Origin: an uncultured Bacilli bacterium
GTDB taxonomy: Bacteria; Bacillota_I; Bacilli_A; RF39; UBA660
Reading direction: 5' to 3'
Assembly (NCBI GenBank): GCA_944359055.1
Contig: CALVSO010000005.1
Location: 184-64,183, forward strand
Length of the DNA stretch: 64,000 nucleotides
The position numbers were made by a program, and so were the translations under genes. Shown piece after piece: positions 55,808 to 64,000 of the stretch. Every line of letters starts with the position of its first letter. Position 1 is the first letter of the stretch. The notes below the pieces were generated by a model. That model did no database searches and had not been told where the DNA came from. It was given only the letters and a program-made list of their open reading frames with translations.

Positions 55808-57592
55808 TTATTTTAAACTTTCAAATCCACTTCTTTTAAACATTTTTTCTAATTCATATTTAGTAAATGTAATAATAGTTGGCCTTCCATGAGGACAATT
55901 AAATGGATTATGACATTTTCTTAAATCATTAATTAATTCTTCCATTTCATTAATACTTAAATTAGTATTAGCTTTAATACTTGCTTTACAAGCTAAAGTA
56001 GCAGATAAATGATCATTAAATTTAGCTAAATCAAAATCTTTTTCTTTATGGATAACCGCTTCAATAATTTTCCTTATCTGTAAATCTTCAAAACCTTTAG
56101 TTAACCAAACAGGATGAGATTTAATAATAACAGAATTAATACCAAATTCTTCAATATCAAATCCCATATTATTTAAAAATTCAAAATTTTCTTTTAAAAT
56201 AATATATTCGTTATTAGATAATTCAATTGTCATTGGTAATAAAAGTGGTATTTTATCTTTAATTGGATTAGACAATTTATCTAAAAACAATTCATAATTT
56301 ACTCTTTCTTTAGCAGCATGTTGATCAATTAAATACATACCTATTTCATTTTGACAAACTATATAAGTTCCATGAACTAAGCCAACTGGATATAATAAAG
56401 GTAGTCTTTCTTCATATTTTGGTTCTTCTTCTTTAATTACCTCATTATCAAAATTTAAAGTTATTTCTTCATATTTTGTTTTTTCAATTTTAGGCAATAC
56501 TTCTTTTGTTGGTATTAATGCTTCTTGTTCTTCTTTAATTTCTATAACTTTCTCTTCAATAATTGATTCGTTAAAATCATTAATCGGTTGTTCTATTACA
56601 GGAATTAATGTTTGTCTATTTAATTTATTAACAATTGTTTTTTTGACTAAATCTAATAATTCTTCTAATTTACTAAATTTAATATCCATTTTAGTAGGAT
56701 GAATATTAACATCTACTAAACTAGGATCTAATTCAATATTTATAACAACAATAGGATATCTATTATCTGGTTTATAAGAATGATAACTATCATTAATTAT
56801 TTTATTTAATTCTTGGTTTCTAACTACTCTACCATTTACTAAAGTAATAATATGATTTCTTCCTGATCTATTTACTTCAGGTAGACTAATAAAACCATTT
56901 ATAATATAGTCATCATCTTCATTGTTTATTTCTAACATTTTACGAGCTACATCCATTCCATATATACTACTTATTGTCTTAAGTAAATTATTAGAACCAT
57001 CAGTTTTTAAAATAGTATTACCATTATTAATTAAAGTAAATCTAATTTCTGGATGGGATAAAGCAATTTTATTAACATAATCAGTTATACTAGCTAATTC
57101 TGTATATAAACTCTTTAAATGTTTTAATCTAGCAGGTGTATTATAAAACAATTCAGTTATTTCAAAAATAGTACCTTTTCTAGCTTCAGTATTTTCAACT
57201 TTAATTATTTTACCGCCTTTAATATTAACTAATGTTCCTATTTCTCCTTGACTAGTTTTAAGTAATACATTACTAACTGAAGCAATACTGGCTAAAGCTT
57301 CACCTCTAAAACCTAAAGTATTAATATTGTATAAATCAGATTCATCTTTTATTTTACTTGTAGCATGTCTATTAAAAGAAAGAATTGCATCTTCTTTATC
57401 CATACCTATCCCATTATCAGTTACTTTAATTAAACTAGTTCCTGCTTCTTTTAATTCAATTTTTATTTCACTACTATTAGCATCAATACTATTTTCAACT
57501 AATTCTTTTACAACCGAAGCACATCTTTCCACAACTTCTCCAGCTGCTATTTTATTAGCTAAAATTTCATCCATTATTCTTATTTTGCTCAT
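55808..57592 (-). CDS. mutL: DNA mismatch repair protein MutL
   Basis: IAAGEVVERCASVVKELVENSIDA (GHKL ATPase) and C-terminal CPHGRPT. No mutS is adjacent within the window. Confidence 0.93.
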   Translation of the reverse strand: MSKIRIMDEILANKIAAGEVVERCASVVKELVENSIDANSSEIKIELKEAGTSLIKVTDNGIGMDKEDAILSFNRHATSKIKDESDLYNINTLGFRGEALASIASVSNVLLKTSQGEIGTLVNIKGGKIIKVENTEARKGTIFEITELFYNTPARLKHLKSLYTELASITDYVNKIALSHPEIRFTLINNGNTILKTDGSNNLLKTISSIYGMDVARKMLEINNEDDDYIINGFISLPEVNRSGRNHIITLVNGRVVRNQELNKIINDSYHSYKPDNRYPIVVINIELDPSLVDVNIHPTKMDIKFSKLEELLDLVKKTIVNKLNRQTLIPVIEQPINDFNESIIEEKVIEIKEEQEALIPTKEVLPKIEKTKYEEITLNFDNEVIKEEEPKYEERLPLLYPVGLVHGTYIVCQNEIGMYLIDQHAAKERVNYELFLDKLSNPIKDKIPLLLPMTIELSNNEYIILKENFEFLNNMGFDIEEFGINSVIIKSHPVWLTKGFEDLQIRKIIEAVIHKEKDFDLAKFNDHLSATLACKASIKANTNLSINEMEELINDLRKCHNPFNCPHGRPTIITFTKYELEKMFKRSGFESLK

Positions 57593-57705
57593 ACAACTTC
57601 ACCTACATAATTATATCAAAAAAATAAGTATTTCTACAATGATAGTTATTTGTTTATTCAAAATTTAAGTTTAAACATAATATATAATCGAAAGGAGAAT
57701 TAAAT

Positions 57706-58584
57706 ATGGATAACAATTTAACTGAATATAATTCTAATTGTGATAACGATTGCCTTTGTCAAGTAATAAAATGTTTAATTGATATTTGTGAAACTGGTCC
57801 TACTGGACCTACTGGGCCAACAGGTCCTACTGGACCATGTGGTTGTACAGGATGCACAGGACCTCAAGGTGCTACTGGACCTCAAGGAAGAACTGGAGAC
57901 ACTGGTGCTGATGGAATTCAAGGACCTACTGGACCTCGAGGTGCTACTGGAGCTACTGGTCCTACTGGACCTCAAGGTGCTACTGGAGCTACTGGCCCTA
58001 CCGGACCTCAAGGCGCAACTGGAGCTACTGGTCCTACTGGACCAAAAGGTGCTACTGGAGTAACCGGACCTACTGGACCTCAAGGTGCAACCGGAGCCAC
58101 CGGACCTACTGGGCCTCAAGGTGCTACTGGAGCAACCGGGCCTACTGGACCATCATTCCAAAGTTATGCAATGGTACACGATTTATCAAATTCAACAGTT
58201 CCTAAACAAAATCCAATTTTATTTCAAAATACTAACTTATCAAACAAAATATCATATAGTCCAATAACTGGTGATTTTTCAATACCAGAAAAAGGAATTT
58301 ATATGATTCATTGGTGGGTTAATGTTAGAAACAAAGGAAAAGACTGCGAAGATAAAGCATTAAGTATAGAATTTAGAAAATTCTGGCCAAATGTTGAATT
58401 AATTGCACATTCATCAACACATAACAAAGTATCATGCTGTCAAACCGGAACAATTAATGGAAATGCTATTTTTGAAGCTACAGCTGGAGGAAGTTATAGA
58501 TTAGTAAATGCTTCAGATGTTGATTTTGATTTAGTACCAAATGATTTGTATTCAGGTTGCGTTTCAATAACTAGAATAAATTAA
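57706..58584 (+). CDS. Collagen-like triple-helix repeat protein with C-terminal BclA/C1q-like globular domain
   Basis: Cys-rich N-terminus ([19 protein letters not shown]), 119 uninterrupted GXY triplets (GPT/GAT/GPQ), then a ~145-aa beta-rich C-terminal domain. RBS AAAGGAGAA. Confidence 0.85.
   Translation: MDNNLTEYNSNCDNDCLCQVIKCLIDICETGPTGPTGPTGPTGPCGCTGCTGPQGATGPQGRTGDTGADGIQGPTGPRGATGATGPTGPQGATGATGPTGPQGATGATGPTGPKGATGVTGPTGPQGATGATGPTGPQGATGATGPTGPSFQSYAMVHDLSNSTVPKQNPILFQNTNLSNKISYSPITGDFSIPEKGIYMIHWWVNVRNKGKDCEDKALSIEFRKFWPNVELIAHSSTHNKVSCCQTGTINGNAIFEATAGGSYRLVNASDVDFDLVPNDLYSGCVSITRIN
57796..58152 (+). repeat. Collagen GXY triplet array built from reiterated GGTGCTACTGGAGCTACTGGTCCTACTGGACCTCAA-type units
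   Basis: 357 nt of Gly-X-Thr/Gln codons, with several near-identical 36-nt units visible from about 57940 to 58140. Confidence 0.9.
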
Positions 58585-58610
58585 AAAAATATGGGAAATC
58601 CCATATTTTT
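58585..58610. terminator. Bidirectional terminator between the collagen-like gene (+) and gmk (-)
   Basis: AAAAATATGGGA-aa-TCCCATATTTTT. Confidence 0.7.
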
Positions 58611-59283
58611 AATTTATTTCTAAAGGATCATTATCTAAATCCTTATCAATCAACATTTCATGCATGTATTCTTCTTCTGTATTTAAAAATACTTCTTCTA
58701 TTCTATCTACACGACATTTTTCGGCTTTAATAATTGACAATATTTTATCAGCAGCCATTTCTATTTCATCATTAACAACCACATAATTATATTTAGTAAC
58801 TTCATTCATTTCTTGATATGCAATTTTAAATCTTTCTAATATTTTTTCTTTAGTATCAGTACCTCTATTTACCAATCTTTTTTTTAGTTCTTTTAATGAT
58901 GGTGGCATAATAAACACAAATAATGCTTGAGGTATTAATTTTTTAACTTGCATTGCACCTTGTATTTCTATTTCCAAGATTACATCTTCACCTTTATTTA
59001 AATGTTCTTGTATATATTTTTTAGGTGTACCATAATAATTATTAGCATAACTAGCATATTCTAAAAAATAATCTTCTTTAATTTTATTTTCAAATTCTTC
59101 TTTTGCATAAAAATAATATGTTTTACCTTCTATATCGTTAGTTCTCATTGGTCTACTTGTTGCTGATACTGAAAGCCATAAATTATTATTTTTTTCTAAC
59201 ATTTTATTAATTATTGTACCCTTTCCTGCTCCAGAAGGTGCTGAAATAACTATTAATAATCCTTGTTTTTTTGTTTTTATCAT
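58609..59283 (-). CDS. gmk: Guanylate kinase
   Basis: GLLIVISAPSGAGKGTI P-loop and ...SATSRPMR.... Confidence 0.92.
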   Translation of the reverse strand: MIKTKKQGLLIVISAPSGAGKGTIINKMLEKNNNLWLSVSATSRPMRTNDIEGKTYYFYAKEEFENKIKEDYFLEYASYANNYYGTPKKYIQEHLNKGEDVILEIEIQGAMQVKKLIPQALFVFIMPPSLKELKKRLVNRGTDTKEKILERFKIAYQEMNEVTKYNYVVVNDEIEMAADKILSIIKAEKCRVDRIEEVFLNTEEEYMHEMLIDKDLDNDPLEIN

Positions 59284-60179
59284 TTTTTTCTCCTTGCTAA
59301 TCTTAAAATTTTACAATTATTTTTTACTATACAGTGATAGTCTTTTATTTTTGAACTTTTCCAAGATTCATCAAATGGTCTTATATAAAATAATGTATTA
59401 GGATATAAATTTATCAAATTACAATATTCATCTATTATTTCATCACTAGGTATATTTTTTGTATATCCCAAATCATTATTACTTAAAAAAGTATCACAAT
59501 TTTCTACATATTTTACCATTTTATTTCTATCACTGCAATCATGTTCACCCAAAATACACATATAATTTGAATATTCATCTAATATTTTTTTATTATCTTC
59601 AAATGTAACATCACCATATAAAAATAGTCCATATTTTTTCAATCTATATATTACATTTGGCCAAAAACGATATCCTTCACTAGGTAATCCAATAAATTTT
59701 GCTGAATTAAATTTAAAACCGGATACGCCGCAATCTATTAATTTATTTAGAAATTCAACTATTATATTTTCAACATCTTTTTGATAAATATTTAAACCTT
59801 GCAAATCTAAACAATTATGTATAACATCTTGTCTATTTTTACAATATTCAAGTTTTTGTAATTTTAAATCAACTTTTGGACATGATTTCAAATTATCATC
59901 AAGATCTGATTCCATATAATTTAAAACAACATCAGCAAATATTCTAATATCATACTTTGAAGCTTCTTCACATAATAATTTTAAATCTTCTAAAGTACCA
60001 AAATAATTTCCAATTTCAAAAGCTATTGGCTGATATGACATCCACCATTCTTGACCACCTCCATCTTTTAATGGCTGAATAGGATTAATTTGAATTGCTT
60101 CAAATCCTTGTTTTTTAACTTCTTCTAAAATAGAAATTATTTCACCTAATTTCCAATTAAAACAATGTAAAATTCTCAT
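59280..60179 (-). CDS. GH13 alpha-amylase-like catalytic-domain protein with degenerate catalytic signature regions, no signal peptide
   Basis: The N-terminal 90 aa align well with AmyE-type amylases (ILHCFNW...GFEAIQINPIQP...YQPIAFEIGNYFGT...IRIFADVVLNYM). Region II reads GFKFNSAKF (consensus GFRxDAAKH). Region III reads LYGDV (consensus xGEV). Region IV reads YVENCD (consensus FVDNHD). The stop overlaps the gmk start (ATGA). Confidence 0.65.
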   Translation of the reverse strand: MRILHCFNWKLGEIISILEEVKKQGFEAIQINPIQPLKDGGGQEWWMSYQPIAFEIGNYFGTLEDLKLLCEEASKYDIRIFADVVLNYMESDLDDNLKSCPKVDLKLQKLEYCKNRQDVIHNCLDLQGLNIYQKDVENIIVEFLNKLIDCGVSGFKFNSAKFIGLPSEGYRFWPNVIYRLKKYGLFLYGDVTFEDNKKILDEYSNYMCILGEHDCSDRNKMVKYVENCDTFLSNNDLGYTKNIPSDEIIDEYCNLINLYPNTLFYIRPFDESWKSSKIKDYHCIVKNNCKILRLARRKK

Positions 60180-60266
60180 ACAACATACCTCTTTATTATA
60201 TTATAACAATTTTTTTAATATTTTCTACAGTATTTTGTTAATTATATTATATACTTTTAATTTATA

Positions 60267-61346
60267 CTATTTATATCTACTAATATTTAATACAATTCCA
60301 ATACTACATAATGTAATTAATAAAGAAGATCCACCATATGACAAAAATGGTAATGTAACACCTGTAACCGGTATTAGTCCTACTACAACCATTAAATTTA
60401 AACAAGCTTGAAATCCTATTTGAAATATTATTCCAAATGATAAATATTTACCAAATAAATCATTACAATTACGAGATATTTTAAATCCATTATAACAAAT
60501 AATAACAAATAAAGTTATAATAATTAAACAACCTAAAAATCCTAATTCCTCACTTATTATTGAAAATATAAAATCTGTTTGTGGTTCTGGCAAAAAGAAA
60601 TGTTTTTGTCTTGAATTACCTATTCCAAATCCAAACAAACCACCTGGACCTATGGCATACAAACTCTGAATAATTTGAAATCCACTACCTAACGGATCAC
60701 TCCAAGGATTTAAAAATGATAATATACGACTAAGCCTATAAGGAGCTACTAAAATTAATCCTACTACCCCTATTACACCAACAATACCTAGTCTAATAAA
60801 ATATTTAAAATCTACCCCGCCTACAAATAATAAACCAATTATAGACATTACAATAATTGTACCTGTTCCAAAATCAGGTTGTAACATAATAAGTCCAAAT
60901 ACTAACATAAGAATTCCTAAAATTGGTAATATACCTTTAAATGATTTAGTTGCTTTTTCATTATAAGCTAAATATTTAGATACAAATATAAGTAATCCTA
61001 ATTTAGTAAACTCACTAGGTTGGATACCAAATGAACCAATACCAAACCAACTACGACTACCATTTCTAACAGTACCTATACCAGGAATTAAAACTAATAT
61101 CAATAACACTAAACAACTAATTAAAATTAAATTTGATTTTTTTAAATATAGCTTATAATCTATTTTACTTATTATAATCATTAAAACTATCCCTATAATT
61201 AAAAATAACCCCTGATTTTTAACATATTTTAAAGCATCGCCATATTTATATTCTGACCAAATGTAAGAAGCAGAATATATCATTAATACACCAAAAATAC
61301 TTATTATTATTACACTAATTAATAAAGTTAAATTACATTTTTTCAT
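60267..61346 (-). CDS. ftsW: FtsW/RodA/SpoVE family (SEDS) peptidoglycan glycosyltransferase
   Basis: Ten TM helices, with QPSEFTKL, PEPQTDFIFS and TGVTLPFLSYGGSS motifs. Confidence 0.9.
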   Translation of the reverse strand: MKKCNLTLLISVIIISIFGVLMIYSASYIWSEYKYGDALKYVKNQGLFLIIGIVLMIIISKIDYKLYLKKSNLILISCLVLLILVLIPGIGTVRNGSRSWFGIGSFGIQPSEFTKLGLLIFVSKYLAYNEKATKSFKGILPILGILMLVFGLIMLQPDFGTGTIIVMSIIGLLFVGGVDFKYFIRLGIVGVIGVVGLILVAPYRLSRILSFLNPWSDPLGSGFQIIQSLYAIGPGGLFGFGIGNSRQKHFFLPEPQTDFIFSIISEELGFLGCLIIITLFVIICYNGFKISRNCNDLFGKYLSFGIIFQIGFQACLNLMVVVGLIPVTGVTLPFLSYGGSSLLITLCSIGIVLNISRYK

Positions 61347-61389
61347 AATTATCCCTCTATTAATTTTATGAAAAATAAAAAAGCATAAT

Positions 61390-62250
61390 TCATGCTTTTA
61401 AATTAGAATTTTTATTAAATTGATCACTAATTTTAATTAATTTGATTGCTAATTTATTTATTTTTCTTTCTATTAAAAATCCTTTTTTATTTTGTAATTC
61501 TTTTAATTCATATAAATTATTAGTTAAATTTTGATAACCTTTTTCACCATATATTCCGTCAAACCAATATTCAATATCATCTATATTACCATTTATTCTT
61601 AAATTTTCTAAAGTTAATAAAAATGTTTTATTATCTAATAATTTTTTACAATAATATTTTAAACTATAATAAGCTGATGATATATAATTACCATTAATAC
61701 TATTTTTAACAGCATATATAGTATTACTTATTATTTCATTATCACTTTTTAAATTAGATATTATATTAATTAATTGTTCTGTTTGTTTTGAATTAATTAT
61801 TTCTTCTAAAACATAACTTCTATTTTTATCAATTATTTTAAACTCTTTTAAATTATATTTAGTTTTAGTTAATCCTGTTCTTAAATAAAAATAATCTTTT
61901 TCTAATATTATTTCATTTTGAAAAGAATTAATAGCATGATTTAATTCATGAATTAAATTATCTAATAATTGTAAAAATGGAATATTATTATATCTATTTA
62001 AATAAATTGCTTTTTTTGTTTTAACTGTTTCTTCCAAATAAGGATAACTTACATACAAAGCTTGAATTTTAGGATCTTCCTTACCGGTTATAATAATAGG
62101 TATATTATTTAAACAATTAATAATAAAGTTTTCTTTATTATATTTAATTACAAATGCGGGTAATATTACATATAATAAATGTCTTATATTATCTGGATAA
62201 TTATATTTTAAACTAATTTCGTCTATAATAGGTATATATTTTTCTATCAT
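61390..62250 (-). CDS. Hypothetical protein with HExxH motif
   Basis: LIHELNHAINS, 286 aa, no signal peptide. Lies immediately upstream of ftsW. Confidence 0.6.
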   Translation of the reverse strand: MIEKYIPIIDEISLKYNYPDNIRHLLYVILPAFVIKYNKENFIINCLNNIPIIITGKEDPKIQALYVSYPYLEETVKTKKAIYLNRYNNIPFLQLLDNLIHELNHAINSFQNEIILEKDYFYLRTGLTKTKYNLKEFKIIDKNRSYVLEEIINSKQTEQLINIISNLKSDNEIISNTIYAVKNSINGNYISSAYYSLKYYCKKLLDNKTFLLTLENLRINGNIDDIEYWFDGIYGEKGYQNLTNNLYELKELQNKKGFLIERKINKLAIKLIKISDQFNKNSNLKA

Positions 62251-62282
62251 AATTTCACCAATTATATTGTATCATATAAATA

Positions 62283-62316
62283 TTAAAAAGTCGTTTTATT
62301 TATTACAAAACGACTT
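62283..62316 (-). terminator. Rho-independent terminator after the 180-aa gene downstream of mraY
   Basis: Minus-strand AAGTCGTTTT-gtaataaat-AAAACGACTT followed by TTTTTAA. Confidence 0.6.
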
Positions 62317-62323
62317 ATAAAAA

Positions 62324-62866
62324 TTATTTTACTAATTTGTTTATTTTAACTTGTTCTTCTAATAAATCTTTTTCATCCTCTGTTATAACAGAAAATAAAT
62401 GTTCAAGACGATTTTCAGTATCACATGGTTTAAAAAAATTAGTTGATGAATCATAAAAACCTATATCTTGAAATTTTATTTCAGATAATTTATCATGTAA
62501 CATCATCATATTTTCTTTCATATAATCAGTCATATGACTAGGTTCAGGCAAAAACATTATTCCTTCTTTTGTCGGTTCCATAGTATCAGGACTTAAATTA
62601 TTATAAATACTTAATCCTTTTGAAGTTAATAATGGCATTAATTCAATAATAATTGCGACAGGATTTTTTAAATAATATTTAAAATCTATCCCCTTAAAAA
62701 GTCCTTTAATTTTTTCATTTGATTGAGCCATAGCATATAAATATTCAGCATGCAAACTCATATTATCTAATTTATTTATGGATATAACATCACCATCTGG
62801 ACAAAAAATTGCTACTGCAGACAACTTAAAATCAATATCTTCTAATTTAGTAACTATACTTGACAT
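62324..62866 (-). CDS. Hypothetical protein (180 aa)
   Basis: ATG at 62866 (MSSIVTKLEDIDF) is preceded by AAGGAAGGA. The track's upstream extension is unlikely to be translated. No recognised domain. Confidence 0.6.
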   Translation of the reverse strand: MSSIVTKLEDIDFKLSAVAIFCPDGDVISINKLDNMSLHAEYLYAMAQSNEKIKGLFKGIDFKYYLKNPVAIIIELMPLLTSKGLSIYNNLSPDTMEPTKEGIMFLPEPSHMTDYMKENMMMLHDKLSEIKFQDIGFYDSSTNFFKPCDTENRLEHLFSVITEDEKDLLEEQVKINKLVK

Positions 62867-62951
62867 TAACAATCCTTCCTTTCTTTTTATGTGAATCCAT
62901 TCGTTGCAAGGGCCTGTATTATACCACAAAAAAATTAAAATGTAAAATTGA

Positions 62952-63938
62952 CTATATTATAACTCCAAAAGTTAAAGCAAATAATGAAGCAATTAAACCT
63001 ATTATCCAAAACAATTTTACTATGTCATGTTCTTCCCAACCTTTTTTTTCAAATGAATGATGAATCGGTGTCATTAAAAATAACCTTTTTTTAGTAAATT
63101 TGTAATATGTTCTTTGAATAATACAACTTAATGTTTCAATAACAAAAACTATTCCTATTAAAACTAATAATAACTCATGTCTTGTAATAATAGCAATACT
63201 TCCCAAAGTTGCTCCTAAAGCTAAAGAACCAGTATCTCCCATAAATATTTTAGCTGGATTACTATTAAAAACTAAAAATCCTAAAACACTTCCTACCAAA
63301 GCAAAACAAAATAAAGCTACACTTTCATATCCTTCTAACCACCCTGTGTCATAAGATATAATACCAAATGTTAAAAACGCTATAATTGATAGGCCACCAG
63401 CTAGCCCATCTAAGCCATCTGTTAAATTAACAGCATTACTAGATGCCACTAAAACAAATAATATAAATAAGCCATATAACCAACCAATATCTAATCTTAA
63501 ATTAAGGGTATGAATCCATAACAATGGTTCATTACCTGATTTCATAAACAAATAAAAGAATACCACTGCTACAAACAATTGTAAAACAAATTTAGAACTT
63601 TCACTTAAACCATTATTATTATTTTTTATTATAATTAAATAATCATCAATAAATCCTATTAAACTATAACTTATAAAAGTAAACATAACTATTATTAAAC
63701 TATAATTTAATTCTATTATATCTAATATTAATAATAAAGATATAATTACTATAGTGGAAATTATAAAAATAATTCCTCCCATTGTTGGTGTACCATTTTT
63801 TTTCTTATGAGTTTCCTCTAAATATCTATTTAATATTTGATCTAATTTTTTCTTTTTTAAAAATGGAATTATTAAAAAACCTAACATAATAGATAAAACA
63901 AAACTTAGCATCACTACAAAAGCAACTTTAGTTAACAT
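62952..63938 (-). CDS. mraY: Phospho-N-acetylmuramoyl-pentapeptide transferase
   Basis: KKGTPTMGGIIFI, NAVNLTDGLDGLAGG and FMGDTGSLALG motifs. Confidence 0.95.
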   Translation of the reverse strand: MLTKVAFVVMLSFVLSIMLGFLIIPFLKKKKLDQILNRYLEETHKKKNGTPTMGGIIFIISTIVIISLLLILDIIELNYSLIIVMFTFISYSLIGFIDDYLIIIKNNNNGLSESSKFVLQLFVAVVFFYLFMKSGNEPLLWIHTLNLRLDIGWLYGLFILFVLVASSNAVNLTDGLDGLAGGLSIIAFLTFGIISYDTGWLEGYESVALFCFALVGSVLGFLVFNSNPAKIFMGDTGSLALGATLGSIAIITRHELLLVLIGIVFVIETLSCIIQRTYYKFTKKRLFLMTPIHHSFEKKGWEEHDIVKLFWIIGLIASLFALTFGVII

Positions 63939-64000
63939 TATTCATCTCCTAACATTAATCTTATCGTTTCACCTTCAGCTAAATAACTAGCTTCACTTGG
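63938..64000 (-). CDS. 3' end of an upstream gene (probably a Mur ligase, by position only)
   Basis: Own translation ...PSEASYLAEGETIRLMLGDE*. The stop overlaps the mraY ATG (TAATG). Too short for a family call. Confidence 0.3.
   Translation of the reverse strand, partial: PSEASYLAEGETIRLMLGDE

Noticed and set aside
1-64000. Alternative genetic code (TGA = Trp, Mollicutes-like), considered because of the extreme AT richness
   Set aside because: Long housekeeping ORFs are intact under the standard code. TGA works as a stop where expected, for example at the GNAT C-terminal frame and the 30-aa ORF. The window also encodes full peptidoglycan machinery.
1-64000. CRISPR arrays, tRNA/rRNA genes, transposases, integrases, prophage or defence islands
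   Set aside because: I scanned all intergenic gaps larger than about 80 nt and all ORF translations. I found no regularly spaced direct repeats, no GC-rich structured RNA genes, and no recombinase, transposase, restriction, Cas or abortive-infection-like proteins.

Overview
Very AT-rich chromosomal segment (G+C judged by eye, not computed) from a Gram-positive, Bacillota-type organism using the standard genetic code. About 85-90% of genes lie on the minus strand. Most of the window is core housekeeping. This includes infC-rpmI-rplT with an L20-leader-like attenuator, the str operon (rpsL-rpsG-fusA-tuf), dnaG-rpoD, clpC and mraZ-rsmH-ftsL-PBP2B-lepB. A separate mraY...ftsW...gmk block, proS, mutL, radC, rpoZ, trmB, prsA, ppa and murT/gatD-like genes are also present. 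Spore-former markers are sspI, two tiny YjcZ-like ORFs missing from the ORF track, a DUF421/YetF-like protein and a BclA-like collagen protein. Accessory content is dominated by surface proteins. These are a 1308-aa protein with a 1002-bp super-repeat, a Listeria-Bacteroides-repeat lipoprotein, a 1367-aa Ig-like/beta-helix protein and three scattered pilin-like genes. I saw no rRNA, tRNA, CRISPR array, transposase, integrase, prophage or obvious defence island, so I cannot point to one clear-cut novel multi-gene system. The most unusual signals are listed here. (1) A unique G9 tract just inside the 5' end of a pilin-like/FGE-domain surface gene, a candidate phase-variation switch. (2) A MurT/GatD-like pair whose GatD appears to lack the catalytic Cys and His. 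(3) A cytoplasmic GH13-like protein with degenerate catalytic signatures, coupled to gmk after ftsW. (4) A small hydrophobic ORF with a convergent antisense terminator, resembling a type I toxin-antitoxin locus. (5) L20 with a Rho_N/SAP-like tail. (6) A MurF-like ligase fused to a polytopic membrane domain. (7) A GNAT gene frameshifted in an A6 run. (8) radC with no canonical start codon. All homology calls come from motif recognition by eye and memory, not from database searches.
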